From an uncultured Eubacteriales bacterium (GTDB taxonomy: Bacteria > Bacillota > Clostridia > Oscillospirales > CAG-272): a DNA stretch of 64,000 nucleotides. The notes below the pieces were generated by a model that saw only the letters and a program-made list of their open reading frames with translations, was not told the origin of the DNA and searched no databases. A program made the position numbers and the translations under genes. The stretch covers positions 2,201 through 66,200 of the forward strand of contig CASTST010000002.1 of assembly GCA_949451655.1 (NCBI GenBank), written 5' to 3'. Below are positions 19,854 through 28,965 of the stretch, in pieces (the stretch's first letter is position 1; every line of letters begins with the position of its first letter).

Positions 19854-21959
19854 TTATACCGTCTCCTGCTGCAGCACTGCGGCAGGCTGATTGACAGAGT
19901 CGGTATTTTCTGCCGGCTCTCCTGTATGCGCCTTATGAAAAGCAGCCAGTAAAAACATACTGATGATGGCGCCTACAGCAATCGCAGGAAGCATATACAT
20001 CCACCCGCCCGCAGTGCGGAATGCAAACATTCCCCCTACAGATGCGGATACAGTGCATCCAAACGCCGCGGTGACTGCACCGGCGGCGGCACTTCCTATA
20101 AGACAAGCCGGAATCACCCGCAAAGGGCTGGCGGCTGCATAGGGTACCGCGCCCTCCAGAATACCCCCAATGCTCAAAATATAATTTACTGCGCTGCCCT
20201 GCCGCTGATATACGGGAAAATGTCCCCGGAATACAGTAACTGCAAGAGCGATGGAAAGAGGTATAGTAATCCATGCCGCCGCAACAGCAGCAAGCGCCGT
20301 ACCGCCTCCTGACACGGCAAATACATATGCCCCGCGGGAAAGGGGACCACCCATATCCAAAGCAGTGCATGCGCCCGCCAGCGCGCCTGCAAGGATGCCG
20401 CTTAAACCGGCTGCCTCTTCCAGCAGCCGGTATGCTCCGTTATACAATACGGCAGCAAGGGGATTCACTGCGCAAATTGCCGCGCCGGTAAGGATCACGC
20501 TGCAAAGCGTGCTGAAAAAATATATCCCTCCGCTTTTTGACATATCCTGTAATCGGACGAAAGGCTTTTGCAGCAGAAGCGTCAGCACACCTGCGGCAAA
20601 TCCTGCAAACAGCGCACCGAACATACCGGAGGAAACACCCCCGCCGATTTTATGGTAGGATGCGCCGATCACTGCCAGCCAGCCTCCGATAAAGCCCGGC
20701 GTAAGACCCCATTTGCCTGCAATCTCCTCTGCAATGGTTGCAGATAAAACCGGCAGGGCAAAGGTAAACAGCATGGTTCCCACAGTATAAAACAGGGATG
20801 CAGCGTGAGAAGTATACCCAAAGGACTCTACCACCGGAACGCCTGCAAACAGATCTATAAGGAATCCAATCATTTTCAAAAGCCCGCCGGCGGCGTAAAA
20901 CGGCAGAACCCGTGCCGCTCCCTTATGCAAATACCGGGAAAGAGAGGGCAAAGAAGGAGAAGTTTTTTTACCCTTCTTTACTTTGGATTTTTGTCGCAAA
21001 GACGTATTGTGATATACAGGTGCAGTACCGCTCACCGCCCGGCGCAGCATTTTTTCCCCGTTGCGGATTCCGTCTCCCAAGCTGCCGCGCACTACACGCT
21101 TTCCGTCAAATCTGGACATATCAAACGGACCGTCCGCGGCAATGACAATTGCCTCTGCCTGATCCAGTTCCTGCTGGGTGAGCAAATTTTCACTGCCGTC
21201 TCTGCCGTGGGTTTCCACTTTTATTGTGATACCAAGCTGTGCGGCGGCAGAATGCAGCGCCTGAGACGCCATATATGCATATGCGTTGTCCTCTGCATCT
21301 GCATCCCCCTTCCCAGGCGCATTGGAAACTACCGCTAAAACCCGGTAAAATTCCTGACTTTGAAAAGCAGTGTCAGCAGGTTCCGGCATATCCGGAGGAG
21401 TCACGTCGGACCAATCCGGCGGGAAATTCCGGCGCTGGGGCATTGGCATTTTATACGGGTCCATCCGTCTGGCGTTTTCTTCCTCTTCTAAAATGGACAG
21501 AAACGCTTCCGGGGTTTCCGCCCGTGCCAGTGCGCGGGCAACCGTTTTATTCATGAGCATGGTAATCAGCCGGGACAACACTGCCAGATGTTCCCCGCCT
21601 TGTTTTGGTGCGGCAATCAAAAAAATCAACTGCACCGGTCTGCCGTCCGGGGCACCCCAGTCTATCCCCTCCTGCAGCGTCATGGCGCACAGTCCTGTCC
21701 GGCGCACTGCGCTGCCCTGAGCATGAGGGATGGCTGTTGCGCCCCCAACTGCTGTAGTTCCTTCTTCCTCTCGGATCAGCACCTGTTCATAAAACGCAGC
21801 AGCATTTTTTAAATTTCCACATCGGCTGTGCAATTCGACCAATGTATCTATAACGCTTTTTTTATCGGATGCAGCGCTGCCGATTACAATTCCTTCTGTT
21901 TGCAGAAAATCCCGAATTTGCATACTAAAAATGATTCCTTTCTTCCCCTTTTGCCGCAC
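19854..21959 (-). CDS. PTS fructose-family EIIA-EIIB(like)-EIIC protein
   Basis: N-terminal EIIA_2 (GGATAIPHAQG), a central EIIB_fru-like segment (GITIKVETHGRDGSEN..AIVIAADG) and a C-terminal multi-TM EIIC. The start may be the internal ATG at 21923 (MQIRDFLQ). The EIIB-like segment has no Cys (see findings). Confidence 0.8.
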   Translation of the reverse strand: MRQKGKKGIIFSMQIRDFLQTEGIVIGSAASDKKSVIDTLVELHSRCGNLKNAAAFYEQVLIREEEGTTAVGGATAIPHAQGSAVRRTGLCAMTLQEGIDWGAPDGRPVQLIFLIAAPKQGGEHLAVLSRLITMLMNKTVARALARAETPEAFLSILEEEENARRMDPYKMPMPQRRNFPPDWSDVTPPDMPEPADTAFQSQEFYRVLAVVSNAPGKGDADAEDNAYAYMASQALHSAAAQLGITIKVETHGRDGSENLLTQQELDQAEAIVIAADGPFDMSRFDGKRVVRGSLGDGIRNGEKMLRRAVSGTAPVYHNTSLRQKSKVKKGKKTSPSLPSLSRYLHKGAARVLPFYAAGGLLKMIGFLIDLFAGVPVVESFGYTSHAASLFYTVGTMLFTFALPVLSATIAEEIAGKWGLTPGFIGGWLAVIGASYHKIGGGVSSGMFGALFAGFAAGVLTLLLQKPFVRLQDMSKSGGIYFFSTLCSVILTGAAICAVNPLAAVLYNGAYRLLEEAAGLSGILAGALAGACTALDMGGPLSRGAYVFAVSGGGTALAAVAAAWITIPLSIALAVTVFRGHFPVYQRQGSAVNYILSIGGILEGAVPYAAASPLRVIPACLIGSAAAGAVTAAFGCTVSASVGGMFAFRTAGGWMYMLPAIAVGAIISMFLLAAFHKAHTGEPAENTDSVNQPAAVLQQETV

Positions 21960-22102
21960 GGCGGCATACTGTGGGCGGAAAATGATTCTTCACTGGGTAT
22001 TGTTCCCCTGTTCAGGAAAAAAATCCATTGAAGAGGTGGATTTTTTATGCTATACTGAAATATGTAAAAATTTGATTGGTACGGACGGGAGCTACATATC
22101 AT

Positions 22103-23194
22103 ATGATAAGAAACACACTGCCGCAGACAAAACTGACATTATCCGATTTCCATTATGATCTGCCGCCGGAGCGGATTGCCCAGACACCCATAACCCCCCG
22201 GGACGCCTCCCGACTGCTTGTAATGAACCGGGAAACGGGAGAACTGGAACATCGGATTTTCCGGGATATTTTAGAATATATCCGCCCAGAGGATGTGCTG
22301 GTTCTCAATGATACCAAAGTCATTCCTGCAAGAATCGTAGGGCGGCGCGCATATAAGGCCGTGGGAGACAGTGTGGAAAAATCGACCAGCACCGCGCCGG
22401 TGGAACTGCTGCTTCTGAAGCAAACGGAAAAGGATGTATGGCAGGCGCTTGCGGGTCCGGGCAAACGGGCACGGATCGGAGATATTCTGGAATTCGGGGA
22501 CGGGATCTTACAAGCACATGTGGAAGATATTGTGGAGGGGGGGCAACGGATTGTACGCCTTACCTGTGATACAGCCACTATATATGAAGCGCTGCACCAG
22601 ATCGGATCCATGCCCCTTCCTCCGTATATAACGGAAAAGCTTGCAGATCCGGACCGGTATCAGACTGTATATTCCAATATAGAAGGATCAGCTGCGGCGC
22701 CGACTGCGGGACTGCATTTTACAAAGGAACTGCTGGAGCAGGTACGCGGGAAGGGAACTGCCATCGCACCTGTATTGCTTCATGTGGGGCTGGGTACATT
22801 TCGCCCTGTAAAAGAGGAGCATATTGCAGATCATGCGATGCACGCAGAATATATCTCCATATCAAAGGAAAGCGCCGATCTGATCAATGAACGCCGGGCC
22901 GCGGGCGGGAGAGTAATCGCTGTGGGAACAACCTCCTGCCGCACGCTGGAAAGTGTGGCGGACGAAAACGGTATTTTGCAGCCGTATTCGGGAGAAACAG
23001 GCATTTACATATATCCAGGATACCGGTTCAAAATTGTAGACGGACTCATTACAAACTTTCATTTGCCGGAAAGCACGCTGCTGATGCTGGTATCTGCTTT
23101 TGCCGGGCGGGAGAAGGTTTTGGAGGCATATCATACTGCTGTGGAAAAGCAGTATCGGTTTTTCAGTTTTGGAGATGCAATGCTCGTGGTGTGA
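22103..23194 (+). CDS. queA: S-adenosylmethionine:tRNA ribosyltransferase-isomerase
   Basis: LSDFHYDLPPERIAQTP N-terminus, PLPPYI, AAPTAGLHFT and VGTTSCRTLES motifs typical of QueA. The ORF track starts at 22076; ATG 22103 is preferred. Confidence 0.9.
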   Translation: MIRNTLPQTKLTLSDFHYDLPPERIAQTPITPRDASRLLVMNRETGELEHRIFRDILEYIRPEDVLVLNDTKVIPARIVGRRAYKAVGDSVEKSTSTAPVELLLLKQTEKDVWQALAGPGKRARIGDILEFGDGILQAHVEDIVEGGQRIVRLTCDTATIYEALHQIGSMPLPPYITEKLADPDRYQTVYSNIEGSAAAPTAGLHFTKELLEQVRGKGTAIAPVLLHVGLGTFRPVKEEHIADHAMHAEYISISKESADLINERRAAGGRVIAVGTTSCRTLESVADENGILQPYSGETGIYIYPGYRFKIVDGLITNFHLPESTLLMLVSAFAGREKVLEAYHTAVEKQYRFFSFGDAMLVV

Positions 23195-23328
23195 GTAAAA
23201 ATTTTGGGCGGGGAAAAGCCCGCAAAAGCGCAGTATTACTGGGGTTTCACGGGTTTTTGGCGCTAAATTTTCAAAACAACTTTTTGGGCGTTTTTGGGGT
23301 AAAAATGAGGAAAAAGGCCCTTTTTGGC

Positions 23329-23350
23329 CCAAACTTTTGCAAAAGTTTGG
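23329..23350. repeat. Perfect 22-bp palindrome at the composition boundary downstream of queA
   Basis: CCAAACTTTTGCAAAAGTTTGG. Embedded in a G/T-rich stretch with repeated TTTGGG(G)CGGG(G)AAAAG motifs (23203-23218 and 23345-23361). Confidence 0.8.
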
Positions 23351-23469
23351 GGCGGGAAAAAGGTGAATATATATTCGTGATTCTTGAATTTATATTCAAC
23401 CAGCGTAGTTGATGGCCGAGCATTCATGTATCGAAATTATCGGCTTTTTGAACTCAATTATGTCTCTAA

Positions 23470-23509
23470 TGTAGTAAAAAAGAAGAGGAGGCAGCATTTT
23501 GCTGCCTCC
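23470..23509 (-). terminator. Intrinsic terminator of the serine recombinase gene
   Basis: Hairpin GGAGGCAGC-ATTTT-GCTGCCTCC (23487-23509). On the minus strand it is followed by CTTCTTTTTT. Confidence 0.75.
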
Positions 23510-23526
23510 TTTGCACTCTATGTATA

Positions 23527-25170
23527 TTATCGTTTAAACTGATGAGGAGTACCATTCTCCTGTTCTGTACGAAACGCAATTGCTTTAATCTCCCCACCCT
23601 CGACATATATCGCTTTGATCACGTCTTGAAAGAAGTGCTTCAAGTCATAGAATGGAATGTTTTTCACACAGTTTGAAAAATCAATATCGGAGAGGTGGTA
23701 TAAGTTACGCTGGATGTAAAAGTCATAGCACGTTTTCAAATAGTCCACCTGTGGAACAGATTGCGTACTGATGCTATTTTCCAGCTGTTGTAGTTCCGCA
23801 GATAGTTTCTTTACCGCTTCTTTAAGATGATCCATTCGATCATCTGCTTTGTCAGAATTATTTGCTTCAAGGGATTCCATACGTTCTAACTCCCGTTCTT
23901 TCATCTGTATCTCAAATTTCAGTTTCCGCTGCTTATCCTGAACATCCCCATTTGAAGAACCACTTCCAAACAATGAACGTTTGATTTCTTCAGCATTAGC
24001 AAGCGCTTCAATTTCATCAAAATCCTTACCTCGAAGTAGCATCCTTTTTAACGCCAAAGGAGAAGTGGAGGGGGAAATCTGCCCACATGCCCTTAGCAGA
24101 TTGAGAAGATAGTTCATGATAAAACTGCCGACTTCTTTATCTGTAAAGTTGCTTTTCGGACAGTGGGGACACCAATAGGTAGCTGGTGATGAAAACTTGC
24201 GAGCATTTTCTTTTTCCCACGAGAGTGGAATCTGATGTGTAGTACAGGTCAATAATTCTGCAAAAAGCGGCTTTCGCACATGATAGACCGAATTTTTCCT
24301 GTCAGTATATCTCTGCTGACATCGCTCAAAGAGTTCGCTGGAGATAATAGCCGGATGATCGTTTTCCACAAGAACCAAATCCTTCTCGTCATTTATCACT
24401 CGTTCCTTTTTCGAGGTATAGCTGCGATAATTGTATCGAAGCGCACCGGTATAGGAAATGTTCGTCAGCATCCGCTCAATGGCGGGCACTAGCCATTTCT
24501 TTTTGATTCGTTCTGCTAATGGAAGACTGTTGAGATGTTTGGCTATTGCATATACCGTGATTCCCTGGTCAAACATATTGAAAATAGTGCGGATAATGTT
24601 GGCCTCTGGTTCTTCAACAGAATATTCCTTTGTTTTTGGATCCCGCCGATATCCGAAAGGGATACGGAAGCCGGTATACTCTCCAGCCTCTGCCTTTGAA
24701 AGCAGAACAGCTTTTGACCTTTCGGCGGCATTGTGTCTTTCCAGCTCTGCAAAAATCAAAATTATCTTCAATAAAGCCTGCCCTACGATACTTGAAGTAT
24801 CAAATTGCTCTGCCAGACTAATAAAAGTAACGTCTAACCTATGCAATTCTTCAAACATCTCAGTGAAATCGATGATATTTCGGCTGATACGGTCAATTTT
24901 CCAGACAATCAGATGTGAAAATTCGCCCGTACGCAGCTTTTGCATCATTTTTTGATAATCCGGGCGATCGGTGTTCTTGGCTGAGTACCCTGCGTCCCGA
25001 AAAATCTCGTATTCATTCATGTTCAATACCAACTTCGTATAGTTGATCAGCTCCCGTTCTTGTACTTTTAGGCTGTCCTTGTCAATTTGATATACGGTCG
25101 AAACGCGGATGTACAATGCGGCTTTATCTTTTGCTGCAGGGGGGATGTTGTTTTTCTTCTTCCGTGCCAT
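23527..25170 (-). CDS. Large serine recombinase
   Basis: 547 aa. Resolvase-type N-terminus with catalytic Ser context (AALYIRVSTVYQ..DSLKVQ). Recombinase domain, Cys-rich zinc-ribbon region (CTTHQ..CPHCPKS) and a C-terminal coiled coil (KLKFEIQMKERELERMESL). Confidence 0.9.
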   Translation of the reverse strand: MARKKKNNIPPAAKDKAALYIRVSTVYQIDKDSLKVQERELINYTKLVLNMNEYEIFRDAGYSAKNTDRPDYQKMMQKLRTGEFSHLIVWKIDRISRNIIDFTEMFEELHRLDVTFISLAEQFDTSSIVGQALLKIILIFAELERHNAAERSKAVLLSKAEAGEYTGFRIPFGYRRDPKTKEYSVEEPEANIIRTIFNMFDQGITVYAIAKHLNSLPLAERIKKKWLVPAIERMLTNISYTGALRYNYRSYTSKKERVINDEKDLVLVENDHPAIISSELFERCQQRYTDRKNSVYHVRKPLFAELLTCTTHQIPLSWEKENARKFSSPATYWCPHCPKSNFTDKEVGSFIMNYLLNLLRACGQISPSTSPLALKRMLLRGKDFDEIEALANAEEIKRSLFGSGSSNGDVQDKQRKLKFEIQMKERELERMESLEANNSDKADDRMDHLKEAVKKLSAELQQLENSISTQSVPQVDYLKTCYDFYIQRNLYHLSDIDFSNCVKNIPFYDLKHFFQDVIKAIYVEGGEIKAIAFRTEQENGTPHQFKR

Positions 25171-25226
25171 TTTTGCACTCCTTTCATCTTCAATGGGTTC
25201 AATCTGAAGATGAAAGGAGATTGACA

Positions 25227-25877
25227 GTGAAAAATTTTATAACGGCACGGTATATTGGCTATGTGGTTGGGAATGTGAAGTCCATGGAAGGAGGATATGG
25301 CTTTAGAATTAAGCTAATCTATAAAGATGGAGAAACACTGGTTGAAGAAAGCGCTGGATACAAATCAGAGAAAGAAGCAAAGTGGGAGAGAGAAGTGTCT
25401 ATGAAACTCTTGAAAAAACATCAATATGTTATTCAACCAGATACAATAGCAGAAGATTACTTTAATGCCTGGTTGGATTTTGTTTCTCCAAAGCTTTCAA
25501 AAGCAATGCGTCAGGAGTATCAGGATGCAGTCCTTTATATTAATCAGAAATATGGAAAAGTGAAGATCCGTTTTTGGGATGCGGAACATGTCGTTTCAGT
25601 TTACAAAAGCGTATGGAAAGATTCTAAAACGGATCATACAATAATACGCAATGTTCTGAAAAAAGCCTTAAAGTTCGCCAAAACAGTGGGATACTTAAGT
25701 TATGACTTAGAAAAAGACGACTTGATTTTTGAAGAGTGGTTTATTTCAAATGACATGCTCAGCGGCTCAGGGGAAATAACGATGACCGAGGATGGTCAGC
25801 CGGTTTATAATTTATCTGCTATAAGCAAATATATTGAGGAGTTAGGAATTGATGGCCTGCATGGGAAGAATAAATAG
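25227..25877 (+). CDS. Protein resembling only the N-terminal (arm-binding + SAM-like core-binding) part of a tyrosine integrase
   Basis: GTG start 6 nt after AAAGGAGA. GYGFRIKLIYKDGETLVEESAGYKSEKEAKWE fits the AP2-like arm domain. YFNAWLDFVSPKLSKAMRQEYQDAVLYINQKYGKVKIRFWDAEHV..ALKFAKTVGYL fits the SAM-like domain. No catalytic domain follows. Confidence 0.55.
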   Translation: MKNFITARYIGYVVGNVKSMEGGYGFRIKLIYKDGETLVEESAGYKSEKEAKWEREVSMKLLKKHQYVIQPDTIAEDYFNAWLDFVSPKLSKAMRQEYQDAVLYINQKYGKVKIRFWDAEHVVSVYKSVWKDSKTDHTIIRNVLKKALKFAKTVGYLSYDLEKDDLIFEEWFISNDMLSGSGEITMTEDGQPVYNLSAISKYIEELGIDGLHGKNK

Positions 25878-25967
25878 CGCAGATATAATTTTTATATCTG
25901 AAACTTAAATAGAGAGGAGAAGTATGAAAAACATAGAATTGAAAAATGCAGAAAGGAGGGGTAAATT

Positions 25968-26159
25968 TTGAGTGAGGTCAGTTGTATGGTATATACGGCA
26001 GACGAAGTTCAAGAGATGCTACATATAGGAAGAAACAGCATCTACGATTATTTGGGTGAAGTGTACCGAGAGCAATATCCATTCCGAGTAATCAAGATTG
26101 GAAAGCAATACCGTATTCCTAAGGCATCCTTTGATAAATGGATTCAATCAGATATTTGA
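25968..26159 (+). CDS. Excisionase-family helix-turn-helix DNA-binding protein
   Basis: 63 aa. YTADEVQEMLHIGRNSIYDYL..RVIKIGKQYRIPKASFDKWI matches the HTH_17/Xis-like pattern. RBS AAGGAGG. Followed by hairpin AGGGCTTAA..TTAAGCCCT plus Ts. Confidence 0.65.
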   Translation: MSEVSCMVYTADEVQEMLHIGRNSIYDYLGEVYREQYPFRVIKIGKQYRIPKASFDKWIQSDI

Positions 26160-26365
26160 ACCAAAGTGAAAAAATTCAAAGGGCTTAACATCAAATTTAA
26201 GCCCTCTGAGTTTTTATCTGAAGCCGTCTTATGTTTCGAATTCTGCTTTCCGGACATGTACGAGATTTGTTTAACGATCTCCTTCGATATGACATTTTTA
26301 TATTTTTGCATGAGACACAGAGTTAGCTGAGTGATATCATTTCACAGAGAATGAAATAGAAGGGA

Positions 26366-26539
26366 TTAATACGGTTTTGTATTATTATGTCGTTTTTTGC
26401 TTCTGGGTCGCTTTGCTGCCCAAGGGCAAATGAATATGCTAATCTCCAATTTGCTGCGATATTCCGATAGTAACTTATCAACAGAAATTCTTGAGTTCTT
26501 CTCCGCCAAAAAACGTTCAAGTTCAGTTTTGTTTATCAT
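26366..26539 (-). CDS. Hypothetical small protein
   Basis: GGAGGGA RBS 7 nt before the ATG (MINKTELERFLAEK...). 57 aa. No recognisable family. AT-rich region, so it may be a remnant. Confidence 0.25.
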   Translation of the reverse strand: MINKTELERFLAEKNSRISVDKLLSEYRSKLEISIFICPWAAKRPRSKKRHNNTKPY

Positions 26540-26998
26540 TATATTTCCCTCCATAAATTTATGATGCTTTCAATGAAGCTCATTTAAAATATGGAAGAAG
26601 TTGATGTGTCTAAATATTTAGAATGAACACGTCCGCTAAAAAGCCTTGCAGTGTAACAGCGCATTCGATTGAGAGAAGGATGTCGGCATTTTTAACAAGA
26701 ATGGTGAAATGTGCAATACACTGTATTTCCGAATAGCAAATAGAGGGAGCAAGAAAAGGGACCCTTTTATCAATAAATTGACTGTGTTCTCCAAGGAAAT
26801 CATTCCCACAGTAAAAAGGTATACCCTCTCGGGCATGATACCAGTCTTTCATGATACGGGCGAATATTGCGTTGTCATTGTTGAGCCAAACAAAAGAGAT
26901 ATAAAAGTATAGCAACAACAAGCTCAAATCATAAATGGGTAGGATAACGCACAAAAGAACAAAACCAGACATTATGCTTAATTTTGTTCCGAACATTG

Positions 26999-27027
26999 TT
27001 GATTTTATTCTGCCACAGTGGTATACT
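26999..27027 (+). promoter_or_regulatory. Sigma-70-type promoter with extended -10 upstream of the three-gene cassette
   Basis: TTGATT (26999-27004), 17 nt, TGgTATACT (-10 at 27022-27027). 28 nt upstream of the GGAGG-preceded ATG at 27055. Confidence 0.6.
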
Positions 27028-27054
27028 ATATCTGAAAAGCTTGGAGGTGCTAAC

Positions 27055-28923
27055 ATGAGTGATGCCATAACTGTAAAGGAAGCGGCAAAGCTTTGGGGAA
27101 TCACGGAGCGCCGAGTAACCGTCCTTTGCAAAGAAGGTCGGATAGAAGGGGCATATAAAAATAACCGCAGTTGGGTGATTCCTATGGATGCCGAGAAACC
27201 TGCGGACAGCCGGATTAAAACCGGTGCATATAGAAAAACCAAAACATTGTCTGGTCTACCGCTGCCGGTTGGAATTTCAGATTATCGTCTGGCCTCGACC
27301 GAGTACTACTATGTCGATAAGACCATGATGATTAAGGATTTTCTGGACGAGAGACCGATGGTGTCTCTGTTTACCCGTCCGCGCCGTTTTGGCAAAACCT
27401 TGAATATGGATATGATCCGCACCTTCTTTGAAAAGACGGACGAAGACACCTCTATTTATTTCAGAGATAAAAAAATTTGGGCTTGTGGTAAAAAATATCG
27501 AGATTATCAAGGAAAATACCCGGTGATTTTCATCACTTTTAAGGATGTGAAACGGGACTCCTGGGAGGAAACCTATGATCAGATTTCCAAGATTCTGACA
27601 CAGGAGTTCGAACGCCACAGCGAGCTCTTGGAAAGCGAGCAGTGCAGCAAATATGAGAAATCGTACTTTAAGAATGTTCTGGAAGGGAAAGCGGACAGCA
27701 CAGATATGATGATGTCCCTGCAAAGGCTCTCTCAAATGCTGGACGAGCATTATGGTATCCCACCGATTATTATCATCGATGAGTATGACACGCCGATTCA
27801 GCAGGGGCATATGAGGGGGTTTTATGATAAAGTGATTCTCTTCATGCGCAACCTCTTTTCAGGCGGCCTGAAGGATAACCGGCACCTTTCTTATGGCTTT
27901 TTAACGGGCATTCTTCGTGTGGCCAAAGAGAGCATTTTCAGCGGCCTAAACAATTTAAAAGTGAATTCCATATTGGACAACCAGTATAGTGAATATTTTG
28001 GTTTTACGCCGGAAGAGGTAAAAGCGATTGCCCTCTATTACCATGCGGGGGAGAAGTACGCGGAAATCTGTACTTGGTACGACGGGTATCGGTTCGGGGA
28101 GACGGAAATATTTAACCCATGGTCTGTCATCAACTATTTTAGCAATGGCTGTCAGCCCAAGACATTTTGGCAGTCAACCGGCAGCAATGAGATCATTGGC
28201 GAAATTTTGGCGCATGCAGGAGAAGAAATCTATGAACGACTTAATGCTTTATTGCAGGGGAAATCTTTCCTGACGTATATCGACACCGGAGTTATTTATC
28301 CACAGATTCGAAATAATCCTTCCTCCGTATACAGCTTTCTTCTGGTTGCAGGCTATCTGAAAGTCGTAAGGGGAGATCCTGCTTTCAGCGGCGATTATAT
28401 GTGCGAGGTGGCGCTGCCCAACCGGGAGATTGCGTTTGTGTATAACAAAGAGATTCTACAAAAATTGTCCGATATCATTCCACAGGCTACAGCAATCTCC
28501 ATTCAAGAAGCCTTGTATTCTAATGATGCTCAAAGGCTGCAAAAGGAGATGCATAAGCTTCTTCTCCAATCGGCAAGCTGCTACGATACTGTCGGAGAAA
28601 ACTTTTATCATGGTTTTGTTCTGGGGCTTTGCGCCATGATGGATAACCGCTACTATATCAGCTCGAATGGGGAATCCGGAGAGGGCCGATATGATATCCA
28701 ATTATTGCCTAAGTCAGAGAATATGCCAGGTATTCTGATTGAACTGAAGGCTGCCAGAAATTTCTCCGAAGACAAACTAAAGCGGCTCTCAGAGACGGCT
28801 TTGGCACAAATTCAGGATCGCAAATACGATACCGATATGATCTCAAAAGGCGTTAAAACGGTCTTCAAGTATGGCGTAGCTTTCAGCGGGAAACAGGTGG
28901 AGATTGCGGCAGCTTCCCAATGA
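27055..28923 (+). CDS. HTH + AAA-ATPase-like (PF09820-type) + PD-(D/E)XK (PDDEXK_9-type) protein
   Basis: Start ATG 27055 (GGAGG, 7-nt spacer). N-terminal HTH ITVKEAAKLWGITERRVTVLCKEGRI. Then LPVGISDYRLASTEYYYVDKTMMIKDFL..FTRPRRFGKTLNMDM, typical of the predicted AAA-ATPase family. C-terminal GESGEGRYDIQLLP..GILIELKA nuclease-fold motif. Confidence 0.85.
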   Translation: MSDAITVKEAAKLWGITERRVTVLCKEGRIEGAYKNNRSWVIPMDAEKPADSRIKTGAYRKTKTLSGLPLPVGISDYRLASTEYYYVDKTMMIKDFLDERPMVSLFTRPRRFGKTLNMDMIRTFFEKTDEDTSIYFRDKKIWACGKKYRDYQGKYPVIFITFKDVKRDSWEETYDQISKILTQEFERHSELLESEQCSKYEKSYFKNVLEGKADSTDMMMSLQRLSQMLDEHYGIPPIIIIDEYDTPIQQGHMRGFYDKVILFMRNLFSGGLKDNRHLSYGFLTGILRVAKESIFSGLNNLKVNSILDNQYSEYFGFTPEEVKAIALYYHAGEKYAEICTWYDGYRFGETEIFNPWSVINYFSNGCQPKTFWQSTGSNEIIGEILAHAGEEIYERLNALLQGKSFLTYIDTGVIYPQIRNNPSSVYSFLLVAGYLKVVRGDPAFSGDYMCEVALPNREIAFVYNKEILQKLSDIIPQATAISIQEALYSNDAQRLQKEMHKLLLQSASCYDTVGENFYHGFVLGLCAMMDNRYYISSNGESGEGRYDIQLLPKSENMPGILIELKAARNFSEDKLKRLSETALAQIQDRKYDTDMISKGVKTVFKYGVAFSGKQVEIAAASQ

Positions 28924-28965
28924 AGAAATAGAAGCAAGTACAGATATGTACAAAGTGCTTTTGAC

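Noticed and set aside
23191-23412. 73-aa ORF immediately after queA
   Set aside because: It lies in the G/T-rich low-complexity and palindromic stretch. Its Phe/Gly/Lys-rich translation reflects the repeat motif, and it has no RBS.
26610-27242. 210-aa minus-strand ORF upstream of and overlapping the AAA-ATPase-like gene
   Set aside because: Its 5' half is antisense to the well-supported HTH/AAA-ATPase coding region and to the promoter. The remaining AT-rich part has no RBS or recognisable motif. At most it is a decayed remnant.
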